DNA of 64,000 bases from an uncultured bacterium. GTDB taxonomy: Bacteria; Patescibacteriota; Patescibacteriia; CAIQCM01. The translations under genes were made by a program, and so were the position numbers. This document shows, one piece after another, positions 46,593 to 55,361 of this stretch; positions within the stretch are counted from its first letter, which is position 1, and each line of letters opens with the position of its first letter. The DNA lies in assembly GCA_963708045.1 (NCBI GenBank), contig OY970181.1, positions 707,740 to 771,739 on the forward strand, written 5' to 3'. Below the pieces are notes generated by a model. It was not told the origin of the DNA. It saw only the letters and a program-made list of their open reading frames with translations, and made no database searches.

Positions 46593-47198
46593 ATGGCAAA
46601 TGAAAAAGAAAATTTGATCGGCAATGCGATGGATAAGGTTGGTTTTAAGGTTTCGCTGATGCCAAAAGAAACGAAAGCGCCGAGTCCAAAAGCGCGCCTT
46701 CGTTTGTTCTATATAATTTTCTTTGCTGGTCTTGCGCTTGTGGTGGTTGTCTCGGCAATTTTGTGGGCGATAGTTTTTTTACGGCAGTCAAAAATTACCG
46801 CGGCGAATAATAATCTCGCGGCGATCAATCAAAAAATCTCCGATCTTAACTCATCTTTTGAAACCGCAAAAAAAGAACAAGCAACGCTAACGACGCTCGC
46901 GGGAATTATAGAAAATCATATCTACTCCTCAAATATTTTTGATTGGCTTCAAACTGATACTTTGCCGCAGGTTTCTTGGGGGAATTTAAATTTTACTTCT
47001 GGTGGCAGTTTTTCTCTTACGGGTACGGCATCTACTTATGAAATGTTTGTCGCGCAAGTTGAAACAATAAAAAACGACCCGCTCGTAACCGCAGTGTCGT
47101 TTTCTGGTGTTAATGGAGATTTTGACGAAAATAAGGTTATGAAGGGTGTTAATTTTAATTTAAGCGTTAGCTTAAAACCGGATTATCTAAAAAAATAG
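46593..47198 (+). CDS. pilN: PilN-like protein
   Basis: VSLMP motif, one TM, coiled coil, position after pilM. Confidence 0.75.
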   Translation: MANEKENLIGNAMDKVGFKVSLMPKETKAPSPKARLRLFYIIFFAGLALVVVVSAILWAIVFLRQSKITAANNNLAAINQKISDLNSSFETAKKEQATLTTLAGIIENHIYSSNIFDWLQTDTLPQVSWGNLNFTSGGSFSLTGTASTYEMFVAQVETIKNDPLVTAVSFSGVNGDFDENKVMKGVNFNLSVSLKPDYLKK

Positions 47199-47206
47199 TT
47201 CTACAA

Positions 47207-47803
47207 ATGGCTACTGACACTACTCCAATAAATAAAAAAACCGAGCTTTCTTCAATCGGCAAAACGCTCGCACAACACCCCGCGCTTTACGCATTTTTTT
47301 TGGTATTTATTATTGCCGCTGGTGCATTTTTTGTCCTGATCGTGCCAGCCGTTCGGTCGCTTCAAAGCGGCGGTTCCTCGTCCTTAAGCGATCTAAATAT
47401 TAAAATTACTGATGCCCAAGCACGGTTTGATTACGAAAATAAAATTGTTACAGCAATAACTTCTCTTTCCGACGCTGATCGTGCAAGAATAAAATACGCC
47501 CTACCTTCTGAACCGGACACGCTTGGTCTGCTTTTGCAAATTGCGGCAATTGTGAAATCGGCTGGGAGTATGGTTCCGAGTATTGATTTTAGTTTGGCGA
47601 GCGATACGGCGGTTGAAGAACTTGGCGGTAACGTTGGGGCGGTAGAAACATCAATAAACGTGAGTGGAATGGACTACGAAAAATTTAAAATTCTACTTAA
47701 TGCTATTCAGAACAACTTGCGCATTATTGATATTAAAAATTTTGTTTTTTCGGCAACGGGTGATTCGGTTTCACTAAATTTGCGGACATACTACCAGAAA
47801 TAA
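47207..47803 (+). CDS. pilO: PilO-like protein
   Basis: TM, ALPSEPD, YEKFKILL..IQNNLRIIDI, LRTYY. Confidence 0.78.
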   Translation: MATDTTPINKKTELSSIGKTLAQHPALYAFFLVFIIAAGAFFVLIVPAVRSLQSGGSSSLSDLNIKITDAQARFDYENKIVTAITSLSDADRARIKYALPSEPDTLGLLLQIAAIVKSAGSMVPSIDFSLASDTAVEELGGNVGAVETSINVSGMDYEKFKILLNAIQNNLRIIDIKNFVFSATGDSVSLNLRTYYQK

Positions 47804-47812
47804 AACTTGTTT

Positions 47813-48136
47813 ATGAATCGTACCCAAATACTATACGGAATCTTGTCACTAATAGCCGTTGTTGCGATCGGCTACTTTGCGTTTAGTTATCTTGCACCGC
47901 AAGGCGCTTCAATTCCTGGGATGATGGAAATCAAACCAGCGGATATTAGTTTTGTAAAAAGTGATAAATTTTCTTCGTTAAAAAGTTATGTTGATTTACC
48001 GATTAAAGCAACTGAAGTTGGTTGGCCGCTACCATTTCAATCAATTTACGATCGTGGTTTGCCTGGAATCTACGTAATGCCTAAAGAAACGACCGATAAC
48101 GAGTCTGCGAACAATGCTAATACTCCGAAACCGTAA
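47813..48136 (+). CDS. Small membrane-anchored pilus-locus protein
   Basis: N-terminal TM, GWPLPF; lies between pilO and pilB. Confidence 0.65.
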   Translation: MNRTQILYGILSLIAVVAIGYFAFSYLAPQGASIPGMMEIKPADISFVKSDKFSSLKSYVDLPIKATEVGWPLPFQSIYDRGLPGIYVMPKETTDNESANNANTPKP

Positions 48137-48145
48137 TGAACGTCA

Positions 48146-49906
48146 ATGCCGACAACAACCCCAACAACAACCCTAACTCCGGACGAACAGCTCTTGGAAA
48201 CGCTTCGTGCCGATGGAATTCTTACGGCCGATATCGTTGCCCGCGTTATTGACGAATCCAAAAAAAGCGATATTGATGCCGAGGAAATAATTCGTCGTGA
48301 TCGGCTCGCTAACGAAGAGGACGTCGCCAAGGCTAAGGGAAAAATTTTAAACATTGAATTTTTTGATCTAACAGGGAAAGTTATTCCTGTTAACGCTCTT
48401 TCAATTATTCCCGAACAAACGGCTGAAAGTTTTAGCGTTATCCCGATCGCTGTTGATGGGAATGTTCTGGAAGTTGGAATGGTGAACCCGTCGGACTATC
48501 GGGCGATTGAATCGGTAGAATTTTGCGCTCGCGGCAATGGCCTGGGTGTCATCTATAAGATTATTTCGCCTCGCGCTTGGCGCACGGCAATGCGCGCTTA
48601 TGAACTTGCAGGAAAAGAGGTTGCTCACGCCGTTGCCGTTGCTACGGAAAAATTTAAACCGACGGAAACGGAAAAACCAGCCGAGTCAAACAACCTTGAC
48701 CAAGTTGTTAAAGGGGCACCGGTTTCTAGAATCGTTTCGGTTATTTTAAAATCGGCCGTTGACCAAAATGCGTCCGATATTCATATAGAACCGTTTGGTA
48801 ATATTACGCGCGTTCGTTTTCGCGTTGACGGTATGCTTAAAGCGGCTTTAACGTTACCCCTCTTTCTTCATCCGGCGATTGTGTCACGCATTAAAGTTCT
48901 TTCAGGACTAAAATTAGACGAAACGCGCATTCCGCAGGACGGTCGTATTAGACAAATTGTTTCCGGACGCACGCTTGACTTTCGCGTTTCCACAATGCCG
49001 GTTGTTGATTATGAAAAAGTCGTGATGCGAATTCTCTCGGCCGGCGACGAAAATACGCCGACGCTTGAGGCACTTGGCTTTAGAAAAGAATCTATTGACG
49101 TTTGGAAAGAGCAAATCAAGCATCCACACGGACTTTTTCTTGTGACTGGTCCGACTGGTTGTGGTAAATCAACCACGCTCTACACGGTTCTTTCAATGCG
49201 CAACGAAGAAGGTGTTAATATCGTGACCTTGGAAGATCCAATTGAATACTACATTAAAGGCGCAAACCAATCGCAAATCCGTCCGGAAATTAATTATAGT
49301 TTTGCAACCGGTCTTCGGGCGATTTTGCGTCAAGATCCGAACATTATTATGGTCGGTGAAATTCGTGACCGGGAAACGGCCGAACTCGCCGTCCATGCCG
49401 CCTTAACCGGTCACTTGATTTTTTCAACCTTGCACACCAACGACGCTTTTGGTGTCATTCCCCGTCTGATTGATATCGGTGTTGAGCCGTTTTTGCTCGC
49501 CGCGACTTTGAATGTTACGATTGCTCAGCGTTTGGCACGAAGAATCTGCGAACATTGTCGCGTTCCGTTTGAACTATCAACCGAGGCACGCGAGTACTTG
49601 TTAACAGAGCTCAACCGTATTCCGAAAAAATATCTCGTTGGCCGCGATCTTGACAATATGGTTGTTTATCATGGGCCGGGCTGTCAGCGCTGTAATGGCA
49701 CCGGTTATATTGGTCGCGTCGCCGTTTCCGAATATCTGCTCGTTAACGACCGGATGCGTAAAATTATTGAAGACGGTTTTCCAATTGATGAAGCGCGCAA
49801 CGAGGCGATTGCTCAGGAAATGTTGAACCTAAAACAGGATGGCGTTTTAAAAATTCTTGACGGCCAGACGACGCTTGAAGAAGTGATGAGAATCACCAAA
49901 GAATAA
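48146..49906 (+). CDS. pilB: Type IV pilus extension ATPase (PilB/GspE)
   Basis: ASDIHIEP, PQDGR, GPTGCGKSTT, EDPIEY, LRQDP, GHLIFSTLHTN, tetra-Cys motif. Confidence 0.95.
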   Translation: MPTTTPTTTLTPDEQLLETLRADGILTADIVARVIDESKKSDIDAEEIIRRDRLANEEDVAKAKGKILNIEFFDLTGKVIPVNALSIIPEQTAESFSVIPIAVDGNVLEVGMVNPSDYRAIESVEFCARGNGLGVIYKIISPRAWRTAMRAYELAGKEVAHAVAVATEKFKPTETEKPAESNNLDQVVKGAPVSRIVSVILKSAVDQNASDIHIEPFGNITRVRFRVDGMLKAALTLPLFLHPAIVSRIKVLSGLKLDETRIPQDGRIRQIVSGRTLDFRVSTMPVVDYEKVVMRILSAGDENTPTLEALGFRKESIDVWKEQIKHPHGLFLVTGPTGCGKSTTLYTVLSMRNEEGVNIVTLEDPIEYYIKGANQSQIRPEINYSFATGLRAILRQDPNIIMVGEIRDRETAELAVHAALTGHLIFSTLHTNDAFGVIPRLIDIGVEPFLLAATLNVTIAQRLARRICEHCRVPFELSTEAREYLLTELNRIPKKYLVGRDLDNMVVYHGPGCQRCNGTGYIGRVAVSEYLLVNDRMRKIIEDGFPIDEARNEAIAQEMLNLKQDGVLKILDGQTTLEEVMRITKE

Positions 49907-49910
49907 ATTT

Positions 49911-51122
49911 ATGCCAGAATTTGTATACAAAGCGCAAGAAAGCGGCGGCGAAATCGCTGAGGGTATTGTTGAGGCCGAAAACGCCAACGAAGCAACAAAC
50001 ATTCTTTCGGATAAAGGATTGAACGTTATTTCGTTAATCGCGCGCGAAACAAAAACAACCATTGACCAACCGCTTCAACTTTTTGTCCGCGTCAAATTGC
50101 GCGATATTGTTATTTTTTCACGACAATTTGCCGTCCTTGTTGCGGCTAACGTGGCGGTTGTTGAATCGCTTCGGATTGTTGCTCGTCAGACGACCAACAG
50201 CAAACTGAGAATGGTTTTGGGCGAAGTCGCCGACGAAGTTGAATCGGGAACAAAACTTTCGGCGGCTTTTGGCAAGCGCGACAAAATTTTCTCGCTGTTT
50301 TACGTTAATATGATTCGTTCGGGTGAGACGTCGGGAAGATTAGATGAAGTTTTGTCGTATCTTGCCGACCAAATGGAAAAAGATTTTGATCTCACTTCTC
50401 GGGTTAAAGGATCAATGTATTATCCGGCCTTTATCATTGCCGGTATGTTTATCGCCGGTTTTGTAATGATGTCGTTTGTGATTCCAAAACTAACTGAAAT
50501 TTTTACCGAAACTGGCGGACAATTGCCTTTTTCAACACGCGCGCTGATCGCTGTTTCTGGATTTTTTAGTACTTTTTGGTGGGCGATGGCCATTGTTTTT
50601 ATCGGTGGGGCGGCTTGGGTTGGTTGGTGGTTTCGTACGGAGCGGGGGAGTCGCGTTTGGGGTTATATTTCTATTAGAATGCCGATTTTTGGACAGATTT
50701 TTCAAAAGCTTGCTGTTGTTAGAGTACTTCGCAGTATGAAAACCTTGCTTGAAGGTGGTGTGGACACAGTCACGGCGCTAGAAATTTCCGCCGATGTTTC
50801 GGGTAATGCACTGCTTAAGGATATTTTGCTAAAAGCTTCAAGGGATGTTCGTGATGGCCAGCCTTTTTCCGTCGCGCTTGCCAAAGAAACAAAAGTCGTC
50901 CCGATTATGGTTTCGCAAATGATTGCGGTCGGCGAAGACACAGGAAAACTGACGGAAATTATTGAACGATTGGCTTTATTTTATTCGCGCGAAATTGATA
51001 ACTTAATCGGCGGCCTCGTGACGCTGATTGAGCCGGTAATTATTGTCATCATCGGAATCGTTGTCGGTATATTGGTTTCGGCGATTATGCTTCCGCTCTA
51101 TAATATGTCGCAACAATTCTGA
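49911..51122 (+). CDS. pilC: Type IV pilus platform protein (PilC/GspF)
   Basis: FSRQFA, GETSGRL, MYYPAF, VGEDTGKL, LIEP. Confidence 0.95.
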   Translation: MPEFVYKAQESGGEIAEGIVEAENANEATNILSDKGLNVISLIARETKTTIDQPLQLFVRVKLRDIVIFSRQFAVLVAANVAVVESLRIVARQTTNSKLRMVLGEVADEVESGTKLSAAFGKRDKIFSLFYVNMIRSGETSGRLDEVLSYLADQMEKDFDLTSRVKGSMYYPAFIIAGMFIAGFVMMSFVIPKLTEIFTETGGQLPFSTRALIAVSGFFSTFWWAMAIVFIGGAAWVGWWFRTERGSRVWGYISIRMPIFGQIFQKLAVVRVLRSMKTLLEGGVDTVTALEISADVSGNALLKDILLKASRDVRDGQPFSVALAKETKVVPIMVSQMIAVGEDTGKLTEIIERLALFYSREIDNLIGGLVTLIEPVIIVIIGIVVGILVSAIMLPLYNMSQQF

Positions 51123-51125
51123 CGT

Positions 51126-51242
51126 ATGTACCATGAACCACACACCATGAACCATATGTAATTTGGTATGCGGTACATGTTTCATGTTTTATGGTACATG
51201 GTACATGGTGCGTGGTACATGGGATATGGTGTGTGGTATAAT
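51126..51242. repeat. Heptamer array with inverted arms (ATGWACC family) ending in an extended -10
   Basis: atgtacc atgaacc acacacc atgaacc ... tggtaca tggtaca tggtgcg tggtaca tgggata tggtgtg TGgTATAAT. Confidence 0.9.
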
Positions 51243-51344
51243 GTGTGTACAAATCAAAGAGCTTGCTGTTTTTTCTTCGTGTTGATCCAGCTGGAAACAC
51301 GATTTAAAGAATCCAAGCGAAGATTTTTGAAGGGAGGTATATGC

Positions 51345-51833
51345 ATGATTAAAACTAAAAAAGGCTTTACCCTCGTAGAACTCTTGGTCGTTATCGCGAT
51401 CATCGGTATGCTTTCAACGATCGCTGTTGTTTCGCTCGGTGGCGCGCGCGCCAAAGCTCGTGACGCTAAGCGTATTGCTGATATGCGGCAAGTCGGTGCG
51501 GCGCTTGAACTTTATTACTCCGATCAGAGCGCTTACCCTGTTTACAGCACCGGTAACGGTGCGACGCTAAACGCAATGTGTATTAGCTCAACAAACGGCG
51601 TCGCGGCAACTTGTGCCGGTACGTCATATATGACCACCGTTCCAACTTATCCTGGTGGAACAATTGACGCCTGTGCGGCAACCGCAGTAAGAAATTATTG
51701 TATGGTTAGCACGGCTTCGGCTTATACGATTAAGTATTTGCTTGAATCTGGTACCTCATATCCTGGTGGCGCTGCGGCTTCAACCCATTGTGTTATGACC
51801 GCCGGCGGAACGACTTGCGATTCTTCTAGCTAA
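51345..51833 (+). CDS. pilA: Major type IV pilin candidate
   Basis: SD GGGAGGT, ATG at 51345, KKG|FTLVELLVVIAIIGMLSTIAVV; lies between pilC and pilD. Confidence 0.85.
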   Translation: MIKTKKGFTLVELLVVIAIIGMLSTIAVVSLGGARAKARDAKRIADMRQVGAALELYYSDQSAYPVYSTGNGATLNAMCISSTNGVAATCAGTSYMTTVPTYPGGTIDACAATAVRNYCMVSTASAYTIKYLLESGTSYPGGAAASTHCVMTAGGTTCDSSS

Positions 51834-51880
51834 TCTCTCAAACTCTGTAAAAACAAAGAACGTCGTGGTATAATTAATTT

Positions 51881-52654
51881 ATGATCACGGCGTTTTTTGT
51901 TTTTATTTTAGGCGCTTGCACGGGAAGTTTTCTCTCGGTGATTTTGTATCGGACAAGAACAAACGAGTCTTTTTGCGTTGGTCGTTCAAAATGCCCCAAG
52001 TGTTCGCACGTTCTTGGTGTTTTTGATTTAATTCCGCTTTTAAGCTGGCTTATTTCCGGCGGCAAATGTCGTTATTGTAAAAAATCAGTCAGTTGGCAAT
52101 ACCCAGCTATAGAATTCGCAATGGGGCTTTGTTTTGCGTTAGTGTTGTATTTTCAGCGTCCGGATTTTTTTATTTTCAATCTTAATGAATGGATTGGTTT
52201 TATTGCCGCACTAGTTTTGGTTTCGGTTTTTGCGCTCATCTTTGTTTATGACGCGCGCTGGGGCGAAGTGCCAGATATATTTTCGCTTGTGGCGATTGCC
52301 GTTGGGCTTGCGGCGAATATTTTTATTGACCCGCATAATTTTTGGAAGTATCTTTTGGCGGTTCTTATTGGTGCTGGTTTTTTTGCCCTTCAATATTTTG
52401 TGAGCAAAGGAATGTGGATTGGTTCTGGTGATATTTTAATCGGCGCGGCAATCGGCGCGGCAACTGGGCTTTGGGGTTTGGCAATTGCTCTTTTTATCGC
52501 TTATAACACTGGGCTTGTCGCAACGATTATTCTTTTGCTGACAAAAAAGAAAACCCTTAAGTCAACGATCCCGCTTGGACCGTTTTTGGCATTTGGCGCG
52601 GCGGTGGTTATTATTATGAAATTAAGCGGTAGACTATTAGGATTTTATGGTTAG
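51881..52654 (+). CDS. pilD: Prepilin peptidase
   Basis: GSFL, RSKCPKC, DLIPLLSW, GKCRYC, GSGD, IPLGPFL. Confidence 0.95.
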   Translation: MITAFFVFILGACTGSFLSVILYRTRTNESFCVGRSKCPKCSHVLGVFDLIPLLSWLISGGKCRYCKKSVSWQYPAIEFAMGLCFALVLYFQRPDFFIFNLNEWIGFIAALVLVSVFALIFVYDARWGEVPDIFSLVAIAVGLAANIFIDPHNFWKYLLAVLIGAGFFALQYFVSKGMWIGSGDILIGAAIGAATGLWGLAIALFIAYNTGLVATIILLLTKKKTLKSTIPLGPFLAFGAAVVIIMKLSGRLLGFYG

Positions 52655-53249
52655 AAAGGCTTTCACAGTTGTTGAAGTGTTGGTTATGACGACGGTTTTT
52701 GTGGTGATCGCCGCAACGGCGCTTGCTAATTTTACGTTTACGGGTGGGGGAGCGCGATTACGCAACGCGGCCAATGAATTAGCAGCTAATATTAAAAGGG
52801 CGCAAACTTTGGCGTATGTAAATTTAAGTTTGCCGATTTGTTCGGATTTTAAGGTTTGCGGTTCGGGTTCATCTTGCGACGCTGGAATGCCGACGGGTTG
52901 CACGGATACGCCAATTCTAAGCTACGGCGTTGCCCTAAACGTCGGGAGTGATTCCAAAACCTATGTTATTTTTGCCGACGCAAATTATAACGGTGTTTAT
53001 GATGCTGGCGAAGCTATTTCTGGTGGGACAAAAAAGCTTCCATCGGGCGTAACGTTTACATCAATCACGCCTCCGGCCAATAACCCGCTCATTTTTTCCT
53101 ATAATGCCGGTAATACCGCGCCCTTTGTTTATTGCTCGCCGGCGCCAAATTGCACAACTGTGATAACGCTTCGCGCCGACAATGTAACGGTCGTGCGGAA
53201 AATTGAAGTATCGGTTCAGACGGGAAAAATAAATTCTTACGAAGAATAG
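52647..53249 (+). CDS. Minor pilin (FimT/GspH-like)
   Basis: KAFTVVEVLV, LAANIKRAQTLA. Confidence 0.8.
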   Translation: MVRKAFTVVEVLVMTTVFVVIAATALANFTFTGGGARLRNAANELAANIKRAQTLAYVNLSLPICSDFKVCGSGSSCDAGMPTGCTDTPILSYGVALNVGSDSKTYVIFADANYNGVYDAGEAISGGTKKLPSGVTFTSITPPANNPLIFSYNAGNTAPFVYCSPAPNCTTVITLRADNVTVVRKIEVSVQTGKINSYEE

Positions 53250-53250
53250 T

Positions 53251-53859
53251 ATGTTGTCTACCAAAAGAAAAGGACAAAGTTTGCTTGAGACAATTATTGC
53301 AATGTCAATTCTTATCGTTGGCGTTGTTTCTATGATTTCTATGGTTAGCGCAATGCTTATTGCGCGGACGGCGGCGGAGTATGAAACTGTTGCCACCAAC
53401 CTGGCGCGCGAGGGGATAGAGGTTGCTCGTAATGCTCGTGACAGTAATTGGATGAAAAATGTTCCTTTTGATCAGGGAATTTTTAATTCAAAAATTAGTT
53501 GTCTTTCTTTTGAACCAACCAATACCGACGGTAATCATCCAAACGGCTGGCGTTTGACCGTAGATGATTTGGCCTATAGTCATAAGGCGATTTATAGGTA
53601 TACAACTGGTCCTTATGCGGGTTTTTATACCCAAATTTGTACTGGTGAAACTGCAAAATGGGCGACTGCGTCAACGCTTTTTAATAGGCAACTATTGCTT
53701 CAGGATATTTGTTTAAACGGCGATATTAGGCCTGGTGACGACCCTTGTCCTGCTGGTACCTCTGTGGGAATTCAAGTACTCAGTCAGGTTGGCTGGACAG
53801 AGCGTGGTCGCTTAAACCACAAGGTATGGTTATATGAAAATATTTATGATTGGCGGTAA
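53251..53859 (+). CDS. Minor pilin (PilV-like)
   Basis: KGQSLLETIIA, ATNLAREGIEVARNARD. Confidence 0.8.
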   Translation: MLSTKRKGQSLLETIIAMSILIVGVVSMISMVSAMLIARTAAEYETVATNLAREGIEVARNARDSNWMKNVPFDQGIFNSKISCLSFEPTNTDGNHPNGWRLTVDDLAYSHKAIYRYTTGPYAGFYTQICTGETAKWATASTLFNRQLLLQDICLNGDIRPGDDPCPAGTSVGIQVLSQVGWTERGRLNHKVWLYENIYDWR

Positions 53860-54478
53860 TAATCGGCGCACCACAAAAAAAAGAAAAGCCTTTACCGTAA
53901 TAGAAGCGGTAGTGGTGCTTGCGATTTTTTCAATTCTCGTTGTTTCGTTTTCCGAAATTTACATACGGACGTCACAAAGCGCCTTACAAACAGCTAATCG
54001 CGCTCGTGTGCAGGCCGATGCGCGAACAATGCTTGAGTCTGTTGTCCGTGCTGCCCGCGTTTCTAATATTGACTACGCGACTTACGCCGCGAATGGTGTT
54101 GCAATTGCCAATATGCAGCCAGTTAGCGAGCTTAATCTGGTAAACCCCGACGCCAATACTGCTTATCAAATAAAACTATTTTCAACCGACGTCTTTTGTG
54201 GCAACGCCAACAGTAATCCTTGCCTTGCGGTTTCAACCGATGGTGGTGTTTCTTGGTCAAAACTTTCTCCACTTAACGCTAAAATTATAAAGTTCACGGT
54301 TGTTTTATCACCAGCAACGGATCCTTTTGTGCTTGATCCGTCTACTGGTACCTATGCGAATGATGTGGCGCCGTTAATCACGGTTAATTTGGGATTACAG
54401 GGTTACGCCCTAAGAGATATTGATAAATGGACTTATTCGGTGCAAACAACAATAACACCGCGTTATTATAAACGTTAA
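53834..54478 (+). CDS. Minor pilin (PilW-like); start may be 53846
   Basis: KAFTVIEAVVVLAIF, QTTITPR end. Confidence 0.8.
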   Translation: MKIFMIGGNNRRTTKKRKAFTVIEAVVVLAIFSILVVSFSEIYIRTSQSALQTANRARVQADARTMLESVVRAARVSNIDYATYAANGVAIANMQPVSELNLVNPDANTAYQIKLFSTDVFCGNANSNPCLAVSTDGGVSWSKLSPLNAKIIKFTVVLSPATDPFVLDPSTGTYANDVAPLITVNLGLQGYALRDIDKWTYSVQTTITPRYYKR

Positions 54479-54479
54479 T

Positions 54480-55355
54480 ATGAAACGCCGATCAAGCACT
54501 GTCCTCCTTGCTATCCTCACCCTTTCCACACTCGTTGTTGCGGCGGTTTCGGTTTCGGAAATTGTCCGCACCGAACTTTTGATTTCACGGAGTATTGATT
54601 ACGTAACCGTCGCAACTTATGCTGCCGAGTCGGGTCTTGAATATAATGCTTGGAAACTTCGCAAAGATCCAACAACAACCATCGCTAGTATTAATAATAC
54701 CGTCTCTCCTATTTTAAACGGTACGTCTTGGTCGCTTAAGGCGAGTGGGGCGAGCCCTGGGCTTTTTGTGGCAACGTTAAATCCGAACGAACTTGTTTCG
54801 TTTAGCGCCTATGACCCGGATAATCCGACCTTGGGTGGCGGCAAACAATCAATAAAAATCTTGCGCGACAATACCAAGACAGTCGCAAATTATACTTATT
54901 TTACTTCACAAATATTGGATCTTGCCTTTACTTATTTTGTGCCTGGCTCGGGGACGATCGCGCCGCCGACGAACAATAATGTTACTTCGTCAAAATATGG
55001 CTGGTATGCAACTGGCGGTGGCGGCGCAACCGATCAGACAATTGTTAACAATAGTATTAACTCTGGACAAATTTTTAATTTCACCTTAAAAAATTATTGC
55101 ACCACCTCATCTTGTGGTGTTTATCCGCCGTTTACCGTTCAGCTTTGTTCTTTGCCCAATGGCGGCGGGGTTTGTGATATACCCGGCCGCGCCTACCTAA
55201 CCTCCACGGGCGTTTACAAGGGGATTCGTCGTGTTTTAATTATGGATATGCCGCGTATTTCCGGACCGTCCGGTCTTTGGTCGCACTCGTTATTTTCTGA
55301 GTGTCAGCTTATTAAAGATCCAAATCAGCCATCGCCACCGTGTACAGGTTCGTAA
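54480..55355 (+). CDS. Minor pilin (PilX-like)
   Basis: Hydrophobic N-terminus without Glu5, ATYAAESGLE, STGVYKGIRR. Confidence 0.7.
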   Translation: MKRRSSTVLLAILTLSTLVVAAVSVSEIVRTELLISRSIDYVTVATYAAESGLEYNAWKLRKDPTTTIASINNTVSPILNGTSWSLKASGASPGLFVATLNPNELVSFSAYDPDNPTLGGGKQSIKILRDNTKTVANYTYFTSQILDLAFTYFVPGSGTIAPPTNNNVTSSKYGWYATGGGGATDQTIVNNSINSGQIFNFTLKNYCTTSSCGVYPPFTVQLCSLPNGGGVCDIPGRAYLTSTGVYKGIRRVLIMDMPRISGPSGLWSHSLFSECQLIKDPNQPSPPCTGS

Positions 55356-55361
55356 AATGTT

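Noticed and set aside
51168-51344. N-terminal extensions of pilA, lepA (39751) and murF (11180) in the ORF track
   Set aside because: They translate heptamer arrays or leaders (MVHGTW-like peptides); downstream ATGs match the family starts
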